Source of the DNA: Amoebophrya sp. A120
Taxonomy: Eukaryota; Protista; Dinoflagellata
Direction: 5' to 3'
Assembly: GCA_905178155.1 (NCBI GenBank)
Contig: CAJINV010000027.1
Coordinates: forward strand, 1 to 59,330
Length of the DNA stretch: 59,330 bases
Both the position numbers and the translations under genes were made by a program. Positions 11,831 through 24,973 of the stretch are shown piece after piece. The stretch's first letter is position 1; every line of letters starts with the position of its first letter. The notes under the pieces are model-generated. The model had not been told where the DNA came from and searched no databases. It saw only the letters and a list, made by a program, of their open reading frames with translations.

Positions 11831-13103
11831 CATCCAACAGAAGGAAACACGCAAGCCCCTGCGCTTCGTTGTGCTTGGAAATGATGAAAGGGGAGGGCCA
11901 TGAGCGGAGGCCCTTGCGCTGCTAACCCAAACCATCTGCGCCCCGGGGGGCCAAGGTCGGCGCATGGCTTCGGTCAGCAGCGGTAGAAGCTTTCAACCCG
12001 CTTCGTCTTCTCCGTGCTGTAGGTGTGTCGACATCGCGATGCATTTGCGCTATATACCCCACTCAATATCTTTCCGACAGGTATAGATCCGCCCCGCACA
12101 TTGGTCCGGGTCCTAGTCGCGCTCGCATTCTTTGCGTAGAGGTAGCTAGGCCCTATCCTCTCATCCTAGATTTTGAGCCATTGCCGCGCTAGATGTTCCA
12201 GCACGCGCGCCCACGCAGGAAGCCAAGTCTGAAGACAAGCGGGCGCATACGCGAGGAGGCTTCCCATAGGAGTGATATTTTTGCCCAAGTTAGTAAGCAG
12301 GGGGCGGTCTTGCCCGCATGCGTTTCAGACGCCCTCCGCGAGGCGCCCGCGGAGCAAAATCCGGCCCCTGAAAACGTTCGCGCACGCGCCCGCGGTCCGC
12401 ACTGGCCTGGGTTTGCGTGTGGATGGAACAAAGCCAGCCGGCTGCTCCCGTTTTTCGCGTTTCGCATTTCGGGGGCGGCTTTCGTTTCTCTCTATCTCCC
12501 TCGCTAATGATTTCCCCGGTCGCTTTCTTCGCTTTTCGCGCTTCGCTTTTCGTGGGTCGCTTCCGCTTTTTCTCTGCTTACTCTGTTCATTGTCTTGGGG
12601 CCCTTTTCTTTTTCGCTTTTCGCGTTTCGCATTTCGGGAGCCGCCTCCCCCTTCTCTTTGCTTAGTATATTAATTATGTTAGGGATAGGCTTTGCATTTT
12701 TTTCGCTTTTCGTGTTTCGCAATTCAAGCAAGGGGGCCAGCTTCCTTCACAATTTACACAACACACATACCCCAAAAACGCCTCTCATGCTATCGCTTTC
12801 TTCTATTTTCTGTGTTCCGAAGGGATCCGCCTACTCACCAAATCACGATGGGAATCCAAGTCGTTGCACTTGTTGCAGGTGAAAAAATGGTAGGTGTTTC
12901 GCTTGGAGTTCTGCTTATTTGGCCGCGTGCCAACTACAACTACACGTGGCACTACAACAAAAGTCATAAGTTTGAGCATTCTCTACCTTTTACAAGCAAG
13001 TTAGTGGCCGTCGACGTGCTGCCGCTGCCCGACCGGATTTCCCGAGGGCCGCTGGTGCAGAAGGAATTTTACTGGCGTATTTTTACCGCCAGTCCCCGTC
13101 GCG

Positions 13104-16100
13104 ATGTTTGGAGGAAGTCCCGAGGCCCCGTCGTTGCATCTCGGAACGACGGATCGTCTGCGTCCGCCAGCAACGACGACCGGCAACACCGTATCAAGGT
13201 TGAAAAAGATATACACTTCGTGACTACAACACGAAGCTGGCTGGGGAAAAGTGTTTTTCTGCAAGGCCAGCTTTATTCGAAGAAAAATTGAGAATCGCTT
13301 TTCCAATTTATGTAGCGGCTTATAGCTTGATAGATGCTGGTGCAGCTCCTTTTCGCCCTCATGTGTACATGATTGGTTGCGTTTGTTCGGCTGAATTGTT
13401 GAAAAATCTTTTCACCTTGATAACGGCAAGCAGATCACCGCCCTGGTTCCTGCCCCCTCGGAACGACGGACCGTCGTCGCCCGCCGGCAACTTCAACACA
13501 AGGCAGTGCCGATCTACCCGCACAGGTCGTCTCACCAGATGGGGGGCCGCAAGAGAAGGTTGTCGGCAACCCACGCCGTCCAGCGGCGAAAATTCACCCG
13601 AGCGCCAACCCCACGACCTCCTTGCGGAAGTGGGAGGAGGAGATAAGGACGTCTTTTCACCTCGGCGATGCTACGAAGGGGAAAATAAAGTACTTTTGTG
13701 CATTACTTACTTGTAGGGTTCTGGTTTGTCAGTAGAGAGGCATTTTGGGTGCTACTGCTTCTGAAGAGATGAGCGAATAAAAGAAGTATTTTCTCCTGCA
13801 TACGTTGCTCTTTCGAAGTCGAGCAGCTGCTGGGACGCGGGGGAAGCGCTGAGGTGTACCGCGCCAGCCGGAACGGGTGCGAGTTCGCGCTGAAATCGGT
13901 AAAGGCCCAGAACTATGGATTGCAAATATGTCTGGGTCTGGAAGAGTGGAACTTGTCATGCTGTTTTTGGACTCTGAAAAAATTTGCATTGCGTGATCAG
14001 CAAGAGGAGCGCCGTTTGCGCTACACGGACAACGCGTTTCTCATGTGGAAGGGGCATCAGGAAGCCCTCTAAAAGTCTGCGATGCTAGGTATGCATTACA
14101 GGCATCATGGGTCATGAGAAATATGCATGACAAATCTTACACTCTTCCAGACCCAGACACTTTTGCATTTGATAAGAACAAAAGGGAGCTGGCGGCTTTC
14201 TGGAAGGAGGCGGAGTTGCTGGAGCAGCTCACATATCAAATGCAAAAATGTCTGTGTCTGGAAAGTTGTGATGCAGGTCACTGAACATGAACAATAAGGA
14301 CACTGTAATGCGCCGCCAAGCATGACAAGTTTTTTCATGCTTCTGTTTTGCGTATTCCGCATGAGAAACTGCGTGTTCGCATGACAGGCTAGGGGAGCTC
14401 TTGGTTGCCACGCAATACAGATCCCAGAGTCCTCATGCCAGACTAGCATGACAAATCTCGTCGTAGTCTCCCAGACCCAGACATATTTGCATTCCATATC
14501 ACACGGGCGGAAAAGAAAGAGGAGGGCCGCGAGTACGTGGTCCGCTGCTTCGGGTCGCGATGCGAGCCCGAGCAGTAGCCGCAGTAAATAAAGCGCCACC
14601 ACCCCATAGTCAAGATGGATATATGATCTGAAAGACTTATCGTGAAGCTGTGATGTGCATGACAAGTTTGGGGCCGCACAAGCCTACTCGTGTTTACCTT
14701 CTGCGAACGCATCACTAAGCCACATGTGGGACATTTCGAAACACCACTTCAGGCTGCTTCCCGTGGGGCTGCGCATGACAGATCTGGTTCTGGGGGGCAC
14801 ACGTGCAGATTTACATAAACAGATACACAAAGGATATGCATGACAAACATGGGATGGGGTCGGTTTTCCAGACAATAAAAAACTGCAGATCTTCATCCTG
14901 CTGGAGTACGCGGATTGCGACTTTCAGGAATACCAGCGCAGCTTCTTCGGGCGCCGGTCCGCCAAGTTCATGCCACTGGACGTAATCCTGCACTGCTTCG
15001 CGCAGATGGCCGCCGCGGTGCGCTTCATCCACTCGCGAAGGATTGTGCACTTTGATCTGAAGCCAGCCAACTTCCTGCTGTTCCAGCGGAAAACCAAGCT
15101 GAAGCTGTCCGACTTCGGCCTGGCCAGGGTCCTGGATCCGAACAAAACGCACATCATATCAAAAGGAAAAATCCCCCCTCCCCATGTCAAAACGAAGTTT
15201 CTGATGCTGGATTTGCGTACACGAATCAGATTTGTCTTGCTGGCAAGGACTGCAGGCCCTTATCAAGCCTGAGAAGACAGGTTTTGGCCTAGGCGCGTAG
15301 CATGACAGACTTCTTCGCTGTAGGAACATAAGCATGACAAACCGCCTGTAGAATGCGGCGGAGCCTGTGGAGTTGCCTTCACGCAACACAGAGTCGATTT
15401 GTGGTTACAAACCAGCAACACAAATCTTCGAAAACGTAGCTTGCCAATATGGGGAGGGGGGGTTTTTCCTTTTGATACATCAGCCGCCACCGCCACTGCG
15501 GCACCGTTTTGTATATGGCGCCGGAGGCATTCCACCAAGGCGAGCAGTACGAGCACAGCATGAAGATGCGGTCCGAAACCGACGTGTGGTCGCTGGGCGT
15601 GATTCTGTACGCCATGATCTACGGACGACCCCCGCACGCGCACTTGTACACCCCGCGCGGCGGGGCCAACCGCGCCATGTTTTCCATCATCGATCCCTGC
15701 ATGGAAATCCAATATCCCGACCGATACTCGGTCTACGCGGCGGCCAGCGACAGCTGCACGGTGGCACGACAAGATGAAAACAACCGCGGTAGTTGTACGA
15801 TAGCTGCGCCGGGCAAGCAGCCCGCCAGCTCCTCATCTTCGGCAAACGTTACAGAACCGGTGCTCAACGAACAGAAGTTCGAGCACCTGATGCACCTGCT
15901 GCAGCGTTGCTTGGTTCGGGACACCGGAGCGCGCATTACGGCTTCCGAGCTGGAGTGGGACCTTCGCGTATTAGAGGCGATCTCGTGCGCAACTGCGACC
16001 AGCTTGTACAGGCACTTTCGGTTTCAGAGGGCCGCCATCCGTCCGATTCCCGGGAGCTTCGCGAGCGTGCTGCACGAGAAGCACATTCCTAGCTTGGAGC

Positions 16101-19100
16101 ACATCACCTCTGGGGACACGCGTGCCCCTAGCGAGGCAAACGGGAGTTGCAAAAGCGACGCTTGTATGACTTGCAACAGTTGTATCGCACTTGTTTAGTA
16201 CTACTGGCAAGACGAATGTTTTCTTCTTGAAAAGTGGAATCCGAATTTGTAGAGTGCTGCATCACAACTGAGTCTCAGGAATAAACCAGCTCTGTTATGC
16301 ACGGTTGCAAGTAGTACGAGTGCGATACTACTTTTGCACAGGATATTTTGCCCGGGCAGCCTTGAAAAGTCGGTCGAAGAAGGCCAGGCTCCGGATAGGA
16401 GAGAACAAGCTGGCGGTGAAGATGATCTTGGGAGCTGCACCAACGACGGCAGAATCAAACATAGTGGCTTGGCGCCACTGCCACCGGCAGGCGAAGACGA
16501 AGAATCCGATCGTAGTAAAAAGGCGGGAGACGAGCTACTTCCGGAGGTGGGCAGGGAGCCGAAGAGGCCCAGCGCTGACAGAAACGTCGTTTCTGTGCAA
16601 GAACCAGCGGTGCATGGCTTCAACTGCCGTGCAAAATGGTGGCAAAAACATGATGAGAACGGAAGAAGGTTGAGAACTGCAACTGCCGTTGAACGTGAAG
16701 GGAAAATGAGCTACGCCGCTGCTGCTGTGCTGGAAAATGAGGAAACACCACTGCTGCTGTCGGACGACAAAATAGCGAACGCGCCTGCTGACCGTTCCCG
16801 CGAAGTAGACCAGTGCGTCTCAGCGGAAGGTAGTTTTGAAGCTGGCGGGACAGGGACTACTGCCCATTCTAGCGGCCTTCTGCGAAGCGGCGTCTTCTGG
16901 TCTGGACCTCCTGCAATGATTTTAGTTTCGTGTGCCTTCCTGTGTGCAGGAATCGGGGTGTCCCTGTGCATGGGCTTGTTCGCAACTGGAACGAAGTTTG
17001 GTAATGAGGCCGCCAGGATGAACACGTCTCCGTCGGACGAAAACTCGACGACGAATAGCAGCTCGAGCTGGTCCGTTGGCCCCGGGGCTCCGACTTTTTT
17101 CAATGCATTTCGCGGTGGCGGGGAGCCCGCCGCACGGGTCGGTGGAAACCTGCCGGCTGCGTTAGTCGCACCGAGTCCTCCAATCACACAAGCTAACCCA
17201 CCGCAACACGAGTCGCCCCTGCCACCAGAAGCGACACTTCCGGGAGTGCTTGGCGAGCCGTCACCCACTAGCAGCGGGACATTAATTCCGAGTAGCGATG
17301 CGGCACTGCTGAGCGCAACCTTGCCGACGACCGGAGGCACCTCGTTGATAGGTTGTGGGCAGCCCGCTAGCGATGGGACCTCGACCAGTGGTGGCGCAAC
17401 ACCACTTACCGCCAGCCCCCCGTCCGCAGGTGGTGTAACGGTAGGTGGGCGGGACGGGCTTCAGCAAGATTCGGGTCATGCGGGTCTGCCGGTGTTTGTG
17501 CAGCCTGAACTACTCACCCGCACGGGAGTCGACGTTGCGCAAGCGGGTTTTCTAGCTACACCGGCTAGCAGTACGACGAGCAGAGGCGCGGTAGTACCTG
17601 TGCCGGCGCCACACGAAATACAACTGCCGGCTGCAGATTCCGCCCATGCTGCCTCCACTTGTTCTACTCAGGATCCTTGCGATGGCAGGGCGGTTACTCA
17701 GCCCGCAGATGTTGACGATAACACCCGCCCACAGAGCGCCCGCGATGTAGTTTCGATTGGTGCAAGAAGTAACGCCGGCGAGGCCGCCGCGCTCGCGACG
17801 AATAATGATAACTCAGAGGAGGTTGAACAAAGCCACGATGGGCTTGTTGCTCGTAGGCGAAGGCACGAAGAGACCTTGCCTCCGCAGGGCACCAGACACG
17901 CCAGTTCTGCTTCCGGTGTTTTAGGCAGTAACGCTTCGTCACGAGTCGTGATCCCAGCACCGCGGCACCGTACGTCGTCGGAGCAAATAACAGCACATCG
18001 TACTTCAACTTCTGCCAGTGCCATCGGACCAAGCAGCGCTGCGTCGAATACTAGTAGCGGAAATTCGCCTTTGCGGTTTCGGAGGACCATGCCTCGCCCT
18101 GCGAGCGCAGCAGCCCCGGCCCCATCTAGTGCTTCTGCAAGCACATCGCAAGACCATTCAGTGCCGACGCTGCCGTTGCGTGGGAGAAGTTCCAGTCCCG
18201 CGCCAGCAGCCGGCAGAGGGTCGTCGTCGAATACGCGCCATCAAAGTGTCGAATCCAATTTGGTGTCGCAAGAAGATCGAGCGTGGAGCAGTAGCCGAGG
18301 TGGCGTAGGAGCCAGAAGCATTGCGGCTGCCCGCCCTCTGTATCCCGACATTCCAAAAACATCGGAGTTGGCAAGGTCTTTGTCGTCATCGAGTCTAAGC
18401 CCCTGGAGGTCGAGCTGGCCAAAGCCCTGGAGCCTGCCGAAGGTGGGTGGACCTGGCATGAACCTGTTCGCATCAAAGGGGAGGGCGAGTAGTGCGTCGG
18501 AAGTATGCATGGTCATAACGCCGCCGAGACTCCGCATCCATGCCCAGAAAAATATGCTTGCCACAGCGTGTGTTGGGGTTTCGCGCTGCCGGCAGCCTCC
18601 TAGATCGAGGTCGTTGCCACAGTTTGTAGAGTGTATGTTGTTTTTGTAGTTCAGCTCTGTACAACCGGGTTGCAAGCGTCTCCACCTACTCCAATATTAC
18701 ACTTTGATTTTAGTATACGAATAACAAGGCGGATGTGGGGGTGAGGCTTTCAAAGTTATCATAGACGAGCGGACGAAGAGACGCCGGCCACCCTAGTGGA
18801 CCACCGATCCGCGCATTGCCGATGCAGCCACCTTACGTTTCGAAGAAATGTTTGGGTCTGACGGATAAGATTAACTGAGAAAAATGCGACTGTGCATGAT
18901 GCAGCACAAACGTCACAACATTATTTCGTTGTTCCGCACAGCATGCGAGCATGACAACCCGAATCAAATGCGCATGTGGGTTGTTAAAAATGTGCAACGG
19001 AAATCTGCCAACACTCAGACCCATGCGCGTTCGCACATAATACGCCGCCAAGCAGGAGCGCGCGACCGAATGCAGCAGCGTCGCCAGACTTCAACTCGAT

Positions 19101-22100
19101 GAGGGAGACCAACTTGGGGCGCATCGCTACGCAAGGGACCACCTTCAGCTCCGGGACCAGTGGTGGTCAAGTCGTTGGGCCCCCTCCACCTGCTGCGCCC
19201 CCCGCTCTGCTCCCGTCGCCTCTATGCTCACCGAGGCTGGCACCTACCGCAGCCGGGTCTCCGCCCGCCATTGATTACAACCTTTCCACCCCGGGCGGCT
19301 CGGATGAAGAAGGGGAGATAGATCCTCGCCCCAGGGGGCGAAGTAATGCTTTGGCAGGACCTCATATCCTGTGTAAAATCGTCCCCATTGACCTCTGCTC
19401 CGTACTTGTCAAGCAAATCTGCACGTTCAAAACAGAGGTCTCTCTTCCGCTCGTGAGAAAGATTCCTAGTTAGTAGTCTTCTTTTAGATTTTGTCATGCT
19501 GAAACCAGGACGAGGTGATCAATTTGTGATGCAGCTGAACAACTCATTGAAGTTTTTTCACGTAATAAAGCCAACTACAGTCTGATGCCAAATTTTTCAT
19601 GCGCGTCATACGAAAGTATATCGGTTTGTGTACGCAAAAACAAAATGCCCATCTTCAATTTTGACTCTCGGGAACAAGGGACGTTTTTACTCAGGACCAC
19701 TCAGTGGCAACGACCCCCATTTCGTGTGCCGCCATGGTCGACGGACGAATTCGGGGACAATGCGAACTACAAAAATTTCAGCGGAGGTATTTCGCGCACC
19801 CGGTACTGGGAACTGGCGGCCGCAGAAAGGGAGCTTGACGAAGACCATCGGATCTTTCGGGCCAACCGGCCGTCCTGGATTTGCCCGATAAGTAATCAGG
19901 CCATAGAGATTATTAAAGCTGTTTAGACTTAGAGCTTTTGTGCGGTTTATTTGTGCTGCTCTCAACATACTTCTTTTTGCTATCAGTTTGTAAAACGAGC
20001 GCAACATCATAGAACCTAGCATTGTCCCATTCAGTGCACTCGTTTTCGTTTTGCCATGTTGTCGCGACAAAAATATATATTGGGAAATAAATCATGATTT
20101 TTGATAAGGTCGCCAGCTAATGAAAGATCCGGTGAGGGAACCCGCGCCTTTGGACAGCCGCAGCCCAATTTGTATCGATGCAAAAACTGCAGCCTCCACA
20201 CCCAAGGCCACCCTGGGAGGTGCGCGACTCTCTAATTGTCTCTTGGATCCTCTTGTATGCGGCGGGCCATTCGAACTAACCTTCGATAACGAACAGAGCA
20301 ACGCCCCAGCACAAGCGTGCTAGTGGAGCTTGTGACTTGGGTGTGGAGTCTGCTGTTTGCAGTTTCATAACCTCCACAGCCTGTTTTGAGCGCAGGGGCC
20401 CGGATGGGGAAGTCGGGATCGAGCCGTGCGAAGACCTGTTGCTGGAGAGGCGAGGTATGTATCTATAATTGCGTAGTTACTAGTTCGACGAAGCAGCTAG
20501 CACCGGCTTGCTCAGCCACAAAGAAAAAATAGAAAGTCTACGACGACCAAAGAAAATATCGTTCTTGTTCGGGACTTCGTGTATAGTTTTTTCCAATCTA
20601 TAATCGATAGATAGGAAATTAGGTTTCTTCCGCACTTGATGAGCAGGATTCTCTTTTAAAAACAACACGCCAGGTATTGAGACCGGCGAGATCGTTGTCA
20701 AGAGAACTGGCACGGTGCTTTACAATGCCTGGGAAGAGCTGGGAAAACGGCGTATGAAAGATGTAAAGGCGCAGGCCCTCGCAGCACTGCCTCCGAACGA
20801 GATAATCCGCCCGGGAACCACCACGGTAGCGATTTTGAAGTACATCACGTGCCCGATCCTCAACACCGTGCCTTTCGACAAAAATGACGTCACCTACGTC
20901 TACGGGGTAAAGTGTCTTCATGGGGATATACGCACTCCTATCAAGCAGAAAACTACGGCTATTGCTGCGTCGTGTTTGTATACAAATCATAAACTGATTT
21001 TTCAGATGAGTGATGATGCAGAAGTGGTCTACTAATGAGTGTAGGACGAGCTGCTCCTACGCTGGAGGTGCTAACTACCTTGACCTCGGTAGTTCTTATT
21101 CTCTATGCACCGTGGCGACATCAAGTGTGCTGCGTTAGCTGTACTTTTTCTACACGACACGCCGGGCGCGAATTGTCTCGAGCCTGGCCTACCAGAGAGC
21201 CTACCGCCCCGGTGGACCAAGAGCGGCTTTGAATTATCACTTGTTATTATGTCTGGGTCTGGAGGTGTCTCAGTTTCCCATGCTAGATCTGATCGACAGA
21301 ATCACAAAAATCTGTGTTGCATGAGGACCAGCACCAAAAGCCCACAGCAACGTTTTGCACCCGGCAGAAGCATCGAGGAGATTTCTCAAAAAAACTTGTG
21401 ATGCTACTGGAGCCACCATTCCAAACCTTCTCTCTGGCTCAGGGTCATGCGCAACCTGCATGACAAACCTTGCTCTGTTCCAGACCCAGACACATTTGCA
21501 CTGCATATAGATCCAGAGATGGCAACGATCGCTTTGCATGTGCACCGCCTGGAGGAGCAAGGGTACTGCTTTATTTCAACGCGGAAATTAATTCAGGACA
21601 CCGAAATCCAATTAATCTTCTAGGAATAGTTTAGCTGAAGTGCCGCTTACGGAACAAGATGTGAGTCACCAGTACTTTCGTATGCAGAAAAGGGCGTTTG
21701 TTTTCTTGCCACACGAAGTGGTCGAAAAGCAGATGTAGGTGTTTCTCTGTGCTGGCGCTCGAAGAACACAATTTGCGGGAAAAATGTCAGGTTAATAAGT
21801 GCGTGGACTTCGCCCCGGAACGCGAGTGACCCGCTCGGCGCCCATCGGTGTGGCGTTGTGCCCCGGGGATGGACGCGGCGCGTGTCGGCAGGAGCCCGGA
21901 TGGAAAAGAAGGGGCCCGTGCTGGTTAGGTGGGCCCGATTTGCTGCTGCAGCAATGGAAGGGAGGCTTGAAGATCCCATCGCCCCGCCCGGGCTGTGGCA
22001 CCCGCAAGACCAGCTTCGAGGCCAACCGGTTCCGCCGCCGCCCGAAGAGCTTCTCCAGCTTATCGAACTTTTCAACGCAGCGCCGGTATCGCGAAGCCCG

Positions 22101-22226
22101 CGACGCTTCGTGGAGCACGTGTTAAAGCGCCCACCGTACATCGACCGAATGCCAGGTTTTGTGGATGACCTGGAGAGCCGGGTGTGGTACAGCGCTTCCG
22201 ACGACCTCTGGCCGGGCTTCGAGTAA
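13104..22226 (+). CDS. Gene 2: Mps1/TTK-like kinase - TM helix - S/P/A-rich linker - U-box/SP-RING-like domain, about 16 introns
   Basis: Reconstructed exons 13104-13191, 13428-~13672, ~13809-13913, 14180-14233, 14504-14575, 14883-15156, 15483-16140, 16351-18502, 18765-18833, 19045-19364, 19704-19893, 20111-20172, 20375-20454, 20674-20905, 21116-21234, 21513-~21562, ~21792-22226 give a continuous frame. The 3' half is less certain. Confidence 0.7.
13192..13427. mobile_element. Introner family C
   Basis: TIR tatcaaggttgaaaaagat / atcttttcaccttgata; DR decayed; +5 removal in frame. Confidence 0.85.
13673..13808. mobile_element. Short degenerate inverted-repeat intron
   Basis: A 136-nt removal aligns SFHLGDxSFEV with gene 3 SFRLDDGSFEV; weak TIR. 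Confidence 0.7.
13809..15975 (+). CDS. Mps1/TTK-like non-RD protein kinase domain of gene 2
   Basis: LGRGGSAEVY, FALK, KEAELLEQL, IVHFDLKPANFLL, KLSDFGLA, GTVLYMAPEA, DVWSLGVILYAMIYGRPP, CLVRDTGARIT. Catalytic residues intact; HxDLKPANFL and DVWSLGxILYxMxYG are typical of Mps1. Confidence 0.9.
13914..14179. mobile_element. Introner family A
   Basis: DR agaac; removal gives KAQN|KRELA (gene 3 KAQSKRELA, uninterrupted). Confidence 0.95.
14234..14503. mobile_element. Introner family A
   Basis: DR tcaca; removal gives EQLT|RAEKKEEG. Confidence 0.95.
14576..14882. mobile_element. Degenerate introner, family D-like
   Basis: Shares gcatgacaaa..ggatgggg with 27313; ends ATA+5; removal gives RCEPEQ|LQIFILLEY. 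Confidence 0.75.
15157..15482. mobile_element. Introner family E
   Basis: TIR tatcaaaaggaaaaatcccccctcccca / tggggaggggggtttttccttttgata-like; DR catca; removal gives THIS|RHRHCGT. Confidence 0.95.
16141..16350. mobile_element. Introner family F, left end decayed
   Basis: Right end cttttgcacaggata; +5 removal joins ORFs 15509 and 16334 in frame. Confidence 0.75.
18503..18764 (+). other. Probable canonical GT-AG intron
   Basis: GTATGC...CATAG, phase 0, in frame. A TAT..ATA+5 reading (18504-18768) also keeps the frame. Confidence 0.55.
18834..19044. mobile_element. Degenerate A-like introner
   Basis: tgggtctga / tcagaccca pairing; +5 removal in frame with ORF 19099. Confidence 0.65.
19365..19703. 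mobile_element. Introner family G
   Basis: TIR tcctgtgtaaaatcgtccc / gggacgtttttactcagga; DR cctca/actca; in frame. Confidence 0.85.
19876..20880 (+). CDS. U-box/SP-RING-like E3 ligase domain of gene 2, split by three introns and an insertion of about 70 aa
   Basis: Spliced sequence WICPIS|RQLMKDPV...IC|TACFERR...AILKYITCPILNTVP resembles the U-box pattern CPIxxxLMxDPV...xxERxAIxxxx...TCP. Confidence 0.6.
19894..20110. mobile_element. Degenerate inverted-repeat intron with 4-nt DR
   Basis: DR aagt/aggt; removal yields CPIS|RQLMKDPV. Confidence 0.7.
20173..20374. mobile_element. Introner, distinct family
   Basis: TIR tatcgatgcaaaaactgcagcctccacacccaag / cttgggtgtggagtctgctgtttgcagtttcata; +5 removal in frame. 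Confidence 0.85.
20455..20673 (+). other. Canonical GT-AG intron
   Basis: AG|GTATGT...CCAG|GT, phase 1, in frame with ORF 20715. Confidence 0.7.
21235..21512. mobile_element. Introner family A, diverged
   Basis: tgtctgggtctgga / tccagacccagaca; DR tgaat/tagat. Confidence 0.85.
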
Positions 22227-23330
22227 AGCACCGCAAAGGCCCCCTTTCAGTCGGAAAACATGTTGCAGAGAAAGGACGAGCACTGCCTGTGCCCGCCTCA
22301 TTTTGACCCTAATTAAGAACAAAAGATTACTATGAATTCGTATATGGCTATGGGTTTTGTTTTTCTCCATGTCATTTTTTTGTTTTTCCCCACAACATCA
22401 TTTGTTTTCTACCCGCCCAGAATAATGATGTACATAGAGTACTGTTTTTGACTCGAAATCACTAAAACAGCATTGCCAAAGAATAAATCCGTGGATAATG
22501 TACTTTATACCTCTTTTGACCCTGACATGATAAATTGCAATGTTCGATATGATCCTTCCACCAGTTACTCTTCTCACGTCGCTGCAAAAGCGGGGGTAGG
22601 GCAGAATATCGATATTTTTCTCCAACTACAATACCAATAGATAACAAGCCGGCGGTAGGTGGATTGACCACGTGGGAAGTCAGTATCAGTGCCATAAGGA
22701 CGTACTAGTAGTGGTGTTAATCAAGAAAGTAGATCTCGCGTTTTCAAGCATCGTAAAGGAATGATAAGCCATTTTTTTGCTACCGGAGTTTTCGTCGGAG
22801 GAGAACGCCGAATAGAGCACATCCCAAAGTCTTGCGCGTTTCACGATGGACAAATTCCGACTTTCAAGTAATGTCACGCACCATGTTCGGTGCGCTTAGT
22901 ACTTAAGTTTTAAATCACCAGTTGGGCCAGTTGAAACACTTTTATGCCCGGGCAATTTCGGTCCTCGTCCTGGTCTTCCAGGTAAACAAAGTTAAGACCC
23001 AAATGCGTTTCTAGCAACATCATGACTTCCGCTTTCACGCGGACTACTGATTGTTTCAGGATGACAGGAACCGGCAATCTGTGGCTGATAAGCAGATGAA
23101 GTGGGGTACGTACGCTTGAACATGACCACGGCTCCGCTGTTCATCTTGACACTTCATCGGTGTCGGAGAACCATTATAAGACATTTCTGCTGAACACCAT
23201 TGTAGTACACCCAAACTACAGTTTTCATTTCAGAAGAGCCCGACACCCTTCGGCGATCAGAGCAAGAAAACTTCCAAAACAAGGTCTAGAAGTAGGATGA
23301 GTTTAGCGGAGTGCTGCAACCTTCCGTCAG

Positions 23331-23597
23331 TATCAAATGCAAATATGTGTGAGTCTGGAGGGTTGCAACTTGTGATGCTATCTCTGGATTCTAATAGAAT
23401 CTGTATTGCATGACCAGCAAGAGGAGTCCACTTTGTGCTACGCGGAAAGGGCATTTCTCAGGCGGAGTAGGCATCGGCAAGCCGTGGAAAAATCTGTGGT
23501 GCTACGGCATGCATTACAGGCGTTATGGGTCATGGAGAATCTGCATGACAAGTCTTGCAACCTTCCAGACCGAGACATTTTAGCATTTGATGGTCAG
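23331..23597. mobile_element. Introner family A outside any recognisable CDS
   Basis: Family A TIRs; perfect DR gtcag; flanks give only short frames. Confidence 0.9.
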
Positions 23598-24211
23598 GCG
23601 GATGAAACCATTTCAGCTTCGCCGCCAGTGACGAGTGTCACTGCGAAGAAGAAGCAATTCCTCAGGAAAGTTCAGATAGGCTCACGAAGACGTGGCCCAA
23701 CATCCGTGCTGCGCAGGACGTGTGCAGTTGTAGCTCTAGAGTAACAAGATCGCAGAAGGAGCGTATGGAGCTGAGATCTAGCCTAAGTGTAGAGCACCCG
23801 CGCCCACCCCAAGAAGATGAAAAGTCGTGTTGATGCATTTTGATTTTGTACGTAAGAACAACTGGGCTTTACCTTTAGACTGTGTCCCCCGTCATTTTTC
23901 CAAAGGATCTCGGTTAGAATGCTGAAGTAAAAATGGCTCAACTTAACTTCGGGCAGGGGTTAGAGATCTGCGGGAAAGTAGTAAGTACGAATACGGCTTA
24001 GAACAAGGCGCAAGAGCAAGAATATTCATGGCTCTGACTGTTGAAGAAGTAAGAGGCGAGGCATGATCATATAATTTTTGGGGCCTGCTAGTACTTAAAA
24101 TGTGGAGTGTGATGTCAAATAAGCAATAGCAACGTCATGTGCGGTAGCCTGCGTGGTACAACATAGTGTCGCTTGTTTTATTTTCGTACTCGGCATGACA
24201 TCTGACCTATG

Positions 24212-24392
24212 TCCTGGTTAGCGACGTGTGTCGCTACGTGGGCACTGGGTTTTTCGTTTCTGGGAACGCAAGGACGCAATTTCTGATCCCTCGACATTAC
24301 TACACTTCGTTCATAGTCATCTTATGATCTTCATTCACAGCGACCCGGTGTTGTGTGAGCGTTCCTTGATGGTGGCATGTGTCGCTTCGTGG
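24212..24392. promoter_or_regulatory. Pair of the same motif upstream of gene 3
   Basis: tcctggttagcgacgtgtgtcgctacgtgg and ggtggcatgtgtcgcttcgtgg. Confidence 0.45.
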
Positions 24393-24973
24393 AATCGTTT
24401 CACAACACCACTGCACAGATGAGTTGCCTTTGGTTCCGGGCATTTTTCGTGTGCTAGAGTAGCTTTATTTCTTGCGGTCTTTGTACCGCCTCGTCCCCGG
24501 CAACTTTTACTGTCCCGCAACCTTGTGCATTTTTTGCAATGTTTTGCGGTGAATGCACTCACCCACCAACAAGGAATTCTCTGAAACATCAAAACCAATT
24601 TTGTCGACGTATTTCACGGTTTTATCTAAGAATGTACTCGCTTTTGTAACACGTGGAAAATTCTTGTAACTTTAATTAGAATCAAAAATAGTGCACTTCC
24701 TCTTTCGCCAAATTCAATCCCCATTTAAATTACTTATATATTCGCACGAGCGATTTTTTGCCTCCTTGATCATAGAATTCGGCATCGTGAACTTTGATAT
24801 ACTCTCTGGCGCGACAAGCCTCCCTCTTATTTCTCTGTGCAATCGTTTTGACATGCGCCGGAATATTTGATCGCATGATTTTTGTCGTACGTTCCTAATT
24901 ATGTTCCTGTAAGCAAACGCCCGTGTTTTCGAACTGGTGTCTGGTCGTCGTGTTCCACCGTCTCACACCGATT

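Larger units (their letters stand above)
10008..12724. mobile_element. Foldback/MITE-like non-autonomous element with modular inverted arms
   Basis: About 5 copies of gcgcctccgaaatgcgaaacgcgaaaa at 10008-10410 and about 4 reverse-complement copies at 12450-12724. Outermost gcgaaacacgaaaagcgaaaaa matches exactly. No transposase seen, TSD not identified. Confidence 0.7.

Noticed and set aside
6176-12900. The many 60-160 aa ORFs as real genes
   Set aside because: GC-rich repeat-derived frames with no recognisable motifs and none of the introners that mark genes elsewhere in the window.
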